From Sarcina sp. (lineage in GTDB: Bacteria > Bacillota > Clostridia > Clostridiales > Clostridiaceae): DNA of 64,000 bases. The DNA lies in assembly GCA_051650825.1 (NCBI GenBank), contig JBOFRC010000461.1, positions 7,817 through 71,816 on the forward strand, in the 5' to 3' direction. How positions within the stretch are numbered: position 1 is the stretch's first letter; every line of letters begins with the position of its first letter. The translations under genes and the position numbers were made by a program. Below the pieces are notes generated by a model. That model ran no database searches, had not been told where the DNA came from, and saw only the letters and a program-made list of their open reading frames with translations. Positions 59,435-64,000 of this stretch are shown here, in pieces.

Positions 59435-59753
59435 GCTATTTTAATACTTCAAGGAGTACTTTAGCCTAATATTATATTAATAAAAATTATGGAATTTCTT
59501 AATAGATAAGTTATTTAATATATAAATAGTTATAAATTTTATATACTTTAAGTTTGCTAAAATAAAAAAACTATGAATTAATTAGATATAACTGGTAAAA
59601 AAAGACCTAAAATCACCTAATTAAGTATAAATCAATAATTTGCCCTTAAAATCAAGGAAATAAGCTTTGAGATAAGATAAAAAAAATACTAATCTTGTTG
59701 TGGGGAGAATAATTATTGTTTTAACTCAATTATACTAATTGAGGTGATAGGAA

Positions 59754-61154
59754 ATGGAATCAAAAGAAATGATTATGGATTTACTTCTAGATTACATAGA
59801 AAAAAATCCTGTAAAAAACATAGGGAAAATAATAAACATAGCTAAAAAAGTTGCTACAAGTGACTACGACAAAAAAGGGATTCAGATGTTAGAAAGGTTC
59901 TATAATGATATACCATCAGTAAAAGAACTTTTAGCTAGAGTAGGAGATGAAATAGACCCAGAAATAACAAGAACTTTCTTTAGAAACTTCGTTGTTAAAG
60001 CAATCTGGGAAGGTGGAGAAAAAAGAGATGAGTTCTATTCAAGAACTGGAGGACACATTCCTTTTGCACTTTTAATAAGTCCATCTATGAAATGTAACTT
60101 AAGATGTGTTGGATGTTATGCAAATGATTGGGATAAATGCAAACAACTTACATATGAAGAGGTTGATAGCGTAGTTGGTCAAGCAAGAGATTTAGGAACA
60201 CACTTTATGTTCGTTTTAGGTGGAGAGCCTTATTTTGTGGACTTTATGTGGAAAATATATGAAAAATATCCAGATGTAGAGTTCCTTACATTCTCAAATG
60301 GTACTTTATTTAATGAAGAAACAGCAGAGAAAATATTAAAGCTTAAAAACGTTGTTCCAATGTTCTCACTTGAAGGATACGAAAAAGAAACAGATTCAAG
60401 AAGAGGCGAAGGTGTATACCAAAAAGTTATGGATGGTATGGATATGCTTAAATCTAAGAGAATACCATTTGGTGTATCTTCAGCAACAGGATCACCTAAT
60501 ATTGATACAGTAATATCAGAAGAATTTGTTGATATGTGTATAAATAAAGGTTCATTCATAAGTTGGTACTTCATGTTTATGCCAATAGGTTCAAAACCTG
60601 ATACATCACTTATGCTTAATCCAGAACAAAGATTAAGACTTGGTGCTAGAACACAAGAGATAAGACATACTAAACCATATGCAACAGTAGACTTCTTCAA
60701 TGATTCACCATATGTTGGTGGTTGTATAGCAGGTTCATATTACTGCCATGTTACAGCTTCAGGAGATGTAGAGCCTTGTGTATTTGCTCACTTTACAGTA
60801 GATAATATTAGAGAAAAATCATTAGCAGAAATATTTGCAGGAGATTTCTTTAAAACATTATTAAGAAGTCAACCATACAATAAGAATTTATTAAAACCTT
60901 GTATGATGATAGATAACCCTAAAGTAGTTAGAAATATCATGAAAAAAGTAGGGGCTAGACCAACTGATGAAAGTGCAAGAGCAATGCTTGAAGATCCAAA
61001 ATTCCAAAAAGAATTAGAAGATTTAGCTGAAACTTTCACACCACATGCAGATAAAGCTTGGAAAGAATTATATCCTGATTATGAATTCCAAACAAGAACA
61101 GAATATTTAGATGAATGTGTTGCAAGAAATAAAGCAAGCAGAGAGAAAAAATAG
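59754..61154 (+). CDS. Radical SAM enzyme with SPASM/twitch-like C-terminal domain, function unknown
   Basis: CNLRCVGC, GGEP, SNGT, GCIAG..CHVTASGDVEPC and KPCMMID motifs. Confidence 0.92.
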   Translation: MESKEMIMDLLLDYIEKNPVKNIGKIINIAKKVATSDYDKKGIQMLERFYNDIPSVKELLARVGDEIDPEITRTFFRNFVVKAIWEGGEKRDEFYSRTGGHIPFALLISPSMKCNLRCVGCYANDWDKCKQLTYEEVDSVVGQARDLGTHFMFVLGGEPYFVDFMWKIYEKYPDVEFLTFSNGTLFNEETAEKILKLKNVVPMFSLEGYEKETDSRRGEGVYQKVMDGMDMLKSKRIPFGVSSATGSPNIDTVISEEFVDMCINKGSFISWYFMFMPIGSKPDTSLMLNPEQRLRLGARTQEIRHTKPYATVDFFNDSPYVGGCIAGSYYCHVTASGDVEPCVFAHFTVDNIREKSLAEIFAGDFFKTLLRSQPYNKNLLKPCMMIDNPKVVRNIMKKVGARPTDESARAMLEDPKFQKELEDLAETFTPHADKAWKELYPDYEFQTRTEYLDECVARNKASREKK

Positions 61155-61393
61155 TAAATTAGCTCAAAGTAAAACTGATAAGTTTATTTTAGTATAGTTA
61201 TTATATTTATAATTTTTTTATAAAGAATCATAGAAAATTTTTTTTAACTTAAATTTTCATATGGTTCTTTATTTTTATAAATACCTATTTAAAATGGATA
61301 TTTTTACCATAAAATGTTGTTAATGAGTATATTATTGTAGTATTATTAGGTTCATAGTTATTTAAAATATTTTGATATGTATAGGAGAGTAAA

Positions 61394-61915
61394 ATGGACT
61401 ATAATTTAAAATTTAGAAAATCTAAAATTGAAGATATTGCTGAAATTATGGAAATAATTAAAGAGGCTAAAAAAAGTTTGAAAAGTGATAATATAAAGCA
61501 GTGGCAAGATGGATATCCTAACGATGATACAATATATAAGGATATACAAAATCAAGAGAGTTATGTTATGACCTCTAGTAATGATGAGATTTTAGCAACT
61601 GCTATGGTATCATTTGGAGGAGAGCCTACGTATGATGAAATTAGCCTCGGAGAGTGGGTAACTAATGAGGAGTTTTGTGTAATACATAGAATTGCTATAA
61701 AAGAAGAATTTAAAGGTAAAAGATTAGCTAGATTTATGTTTAAGTTTATAGAAGAATTAGCTAAAGAAAAAAATGTGAAAAGTATTAAAATTGATACTCA
61801 TAAGGATAATAGCTCTATGATTAGATGTCTTAGTAAGAATGAGTTTATGTATTGTGGAATTATATATGTTTGTGATGGTTCACAAAGAGTTGCCTTTGAA
61901 AAAGTTTTAGGGTAA
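61394..61915 (+). CDS. GNAT-family acetyltransferase
   Basis: QWQDGYP, VIHRIAI..FKGKRLA and IKIDTHKDN motifs. Confidence 0.9.
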   Translation: MDYNLKFRKSKIEDIAEIMEIIKEAKKSLKSDNIKQWQDGYPNDDTIYKDIQNQESYVMTSSNDEILATAMVSFGGEPTYDEISLGEWVTNEEFCVIHRIAIKEEFKGKRLARFMFKFIEELAKEKNVKSIKIDTHKDNSSMIRCLSKNEFMYCGIIYVCDGSQRVAFEKVLG

Positions 61916-61976
61916 TACATATAAAATAAAATTAATTAATATATATATAACAAAGTAATAAATAGGTGAACTAATA

Positions 61977-62186
61977 TTGAAAAAAATTTTATTGCTTAAA
62001 CAGGATAAGCAAAATATATTAAAACTAAAAGCAGCATTAGCAGCTAGTGCAGGTATTATAGTAGGAGCTATAAGTTTTCCGTTATTAAATGGAATAATTA
62101 CAGTATCTGCGACCATTACAGCAGCAATAATGTCGTTAGGAATTGGTATATTAACTTTTCAAACAATATTAAAAAAAATGTGCTAA
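61977..62186 (+). CDS. Small hydrophobic protein (69 aa, two predicted TM helices)
   Basis: SD AGGTGA 7 nt before TTG; basic N-terminus followed by an Ala/Gly/Ile-rich hairpin. Confidence 0.55.
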   Translation: MKKILLLKQDKQNILKLKAALAASAGIIVGAISFPLLNGIITVSATITAAIMSLGIGILTFQTILKKMC

Positions 62187-62276
62187 TTAATAGTATCGTA
62201 GTTTTCACTCTATAAAATAGCAATATTTTATTTTCGGAAAATAGTATATCTGAATGAGGGACTAAGAGAGTTATTA

Positions 62277-62323
62277 ATAACCCTGACTTAAAGATGTGAA
62301 TCAAATTTAAGTCAGGGTCTTTT
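62277..62323. terminator. Terminator between the small ORF and aspD
   Basis: ACCCTGACTTAAA/TTTAAGTCAGGGT. Confidence 0.75.
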
Positions 62324-63954
62324 TATTTATTTTTATTTTTTTTGAATTCATCTAAGAACTTCTGTGAAATTTTTCTAAGTGCACTACCAATTTCTTTATA
62401 AGCTTCATCGTTAAGATTAGCTAGAGAAATTCTAACTGACCATTCAGGACCTTGGAAGCCACTACCACCAAGAAGAACTATTGAAGATTCTTTTGCTAAT
62501 CTATATAAAACTTGTACAGGTTTATAATATTCTTCAAGATAAGTTGCAAAGTCCTCGCCATAATTGTCATTAGCCCAATCTAATAGGTTAAATTCACAAT
62601 AGTAATTTGCATTTAAAGCATTATCTTTTAATTCCATACCAAGTCCTTCATATAGTAATTTTTTTCTTCTATGACAGATTTCAATCGTTAAATCTTTATA
62701 TGAATTATTTTTATCTAATATAGCAAATGTACAGAATAAAGCCATTTGTACTTGTTGTGGTGTTGAAAGCCCAGCAGTGTGATTTAAGGCAACTTGTCTA
62801 CTATCAGCAACTATTCTGTCTATAAACTTAATACTTTCAGGAGAAGTACTAAGATGACCATATCTAGAGATTAACTCCTGTTGATATTTTTCAGGAAGAT
62901 TTTTAATTAGTTTATCAAATACATTATCTTCATGTAAAGCTATAGTACCAAGTCTCCAGCCTGTTACTCCAAAGTATTTAGAGAATGAGTAAACACCTAT
63001 AGTATTATAAGGTAATTCAGCCATTAATGAAGTAAAGTTTTGTACAAAAGTACCATATACATCGTCAGATATAATCATTAAGTCTTTATTATAATTTTCT
63101 ACTATATCTGCAATGTAGCTTCTACCATCGGCGTCTAATGCTACGGAAGATGGATTACTTGGATTTACTATGAAAACAGCTTTAATTTGTGGGTCTTTTA
63201 ATTTATCAAGTTCATCTTCAGAGTATTGACCTTGTTTACCATCTTTTTTACTATCAGAGTTTGCAACAATAGGTACTATTTGTAATTCATATCTAGGTAA
63301 AATAGGAATCTCTAAATATGGTGTGAAAACAGGGACCATTATAGCAATTTTATCACCTTTAACTAAAAGATTATTAGCTTTTAATGTATCAAATATGTAA
63401 CACATAGCAGCAGTAGCACCTTCAACTGCAAATATGTCAAAATGTCCGGCATTATTTATATCATAACCCATTTCTTTTGTTAGATAGTCATGAACAAGTA
63501 GCTCTACATGTCGTAACATTCTATCAGGAAAAGGATAGTTATCACCTATGATAGCATCTGCAAGTTCATGAACAAATTCATCCTTATCGAAATGTTTTTC
63601 ATTAACTCCATATTCAATTATTTGGTCTAATAGATTAATCCCTGGTGAATTTGTATTTAAGCTAACAAAGTTTTTAAATCTATCATAAATACCAATTTTA
63701 CTAGGCATTCCACCAAGGTCACCTTCATTCCAAACTCTTTTAGATTCAGTTATAGCAAATTGACCAAGAGTGAAAAAGGCTTCTCTAGGAGTTGTTGATA
63801 TCCAGTTAGGATTTCCTCTACCAGCATCTAATAATGCTCGAGTACTCTTTTTTTCTTTTCTTGTTGCTAAGTTTATTAACTCATCTTTAAATTCAAATGG
63901 ACTAACTTTTCCATAAATATTTTCTATTTCTTCTTCTTGTATATTTCTCTTCAT
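62323..63954 (-). CDS. aspD: Aspartate 4-decarboxylase (PLP-dependent, Asp to Ala)
   Basis: SPFEFKDEL, LDAGRGNPNW and PLP-lysine motif SFSKYFGVTGWRLG. Confidence 0.93.
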   Translation of the reverse strand: MKRNIQEEEIENIYGKVSPFEFKDELINLATRKEKKSTRALLDAGRGNPNWISTTPREAFFTLGQFAITESKRVWNEGDLGGMPSKIGIYDRFKNFVSLNTNSPGINLLDQIIEYGVNEKHFDKDEFVHELADAIIGDNYPFPDRMLRHVELLVHDYLTKEMGYDINNAGHFDIFAVEGATAAMCYIFDTLKANNLLVKGDKIAIMVPVFTPYLEIPILPRYELQIVPIVANSDSKKDGKQGQYSEDELDKLKDPQIKAVFIVNPSNPSSVALDADGRSYIADIVENYNKDLMIISDDVYGTFVQNFTSLMAELPYNTIGVYSFSKYFGVTGWRLGTIALHEDNVFDKLIKNLPEKYQQELISRYGHLSTSPESIKFIDRIVADSRQVALNHTAGLSTPQQVQMALFCTFAILDKNNSYKDLTIEICHRRKKLLYEGLGMELKDNALNANYYCEFNLLDWANDNYGEDFATYLEEYYKPVQVLYRLAKESSIVLLGGSGFQGPEWSVRISLANLNDEAYKEIGSALRKISQKFLDEFKKNKNK

Positions 63955-64000
63955 TTGTAAGCCTCCTAAGTTGAAATGTTTTCTTTAGCTTGTACTAAGT

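Noticed and set aside
31359-60700. Numerous 60-170-aa antisense ORFs inside long genes (e.g. 31359-31796, 35179-35649, 42366-42887, 60230-60700)
   Set aside because: Shadow frames of well-conserved genes, with no RBS or recognisable motifs.
61907-62304. Two minus-strand ORFs (69 and 62 aa) after aspD
   Set aside because: No SD; they overlap the plus-strand small ORF and the terminator, and read as antisense shadows.
1-64000. Prophage, transposase, integrase or defence-system genes
   Set aside because: No ORF in the window shows such motifs; the tRNA cluster has no adjacent integrase or att-like duplication.

Overview
Very AT-rich chromosomal segment of an endospore-forming Clostridiaceae member. 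Gene order (thiolase after wecB, cphBA next to ispE, DUF1385-PrmC fusion) suggests the C. perfringens/Sarcina neighbourhood; this is inference, not an identification. Most genes are on the + strand and are conserved housekeeping or sporulation genes: tsaD, htrA, cotS/GT4 cluster, yabG-veg-sipL, cphBA, ispE, spoIIR, rho, rpmE, tdk, prmC, prfA, sua5, rpiB, upp, wecB, thl, murA, spoIID/IIQ/IIID, mbl, yyaC, 7 tRNAs, metK, nagA, recD2, comF, hpf, xpt, secA. Accessory genes include a sigma54-driven PTS/MurK/MupG/GH4 operon, an ABC exporter, a radical SAM enzyme and aspD. Recognisable RNAs are a SAM-I riboswitch, a guanine riboswitch and a raiA-motif RNA. No CRISPR array, prophage or transposase was seen. 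The least-explained signals are non-coding: (i) a 242-nt nested fold-back between the only strong SD and the start of upp, with a smaller hairpin-bridged SD at metK; (ii) a minus-strand ~90-nt sRNA candidate with its own promoter and terminator between veg and sipL; (iii) a duplicated 38-bp palindromic motif upstream of DUF1934 and rho. The F1Fo atp operon is absent from its canonical position. All structure calls were made by eye; no folding or database search was run.
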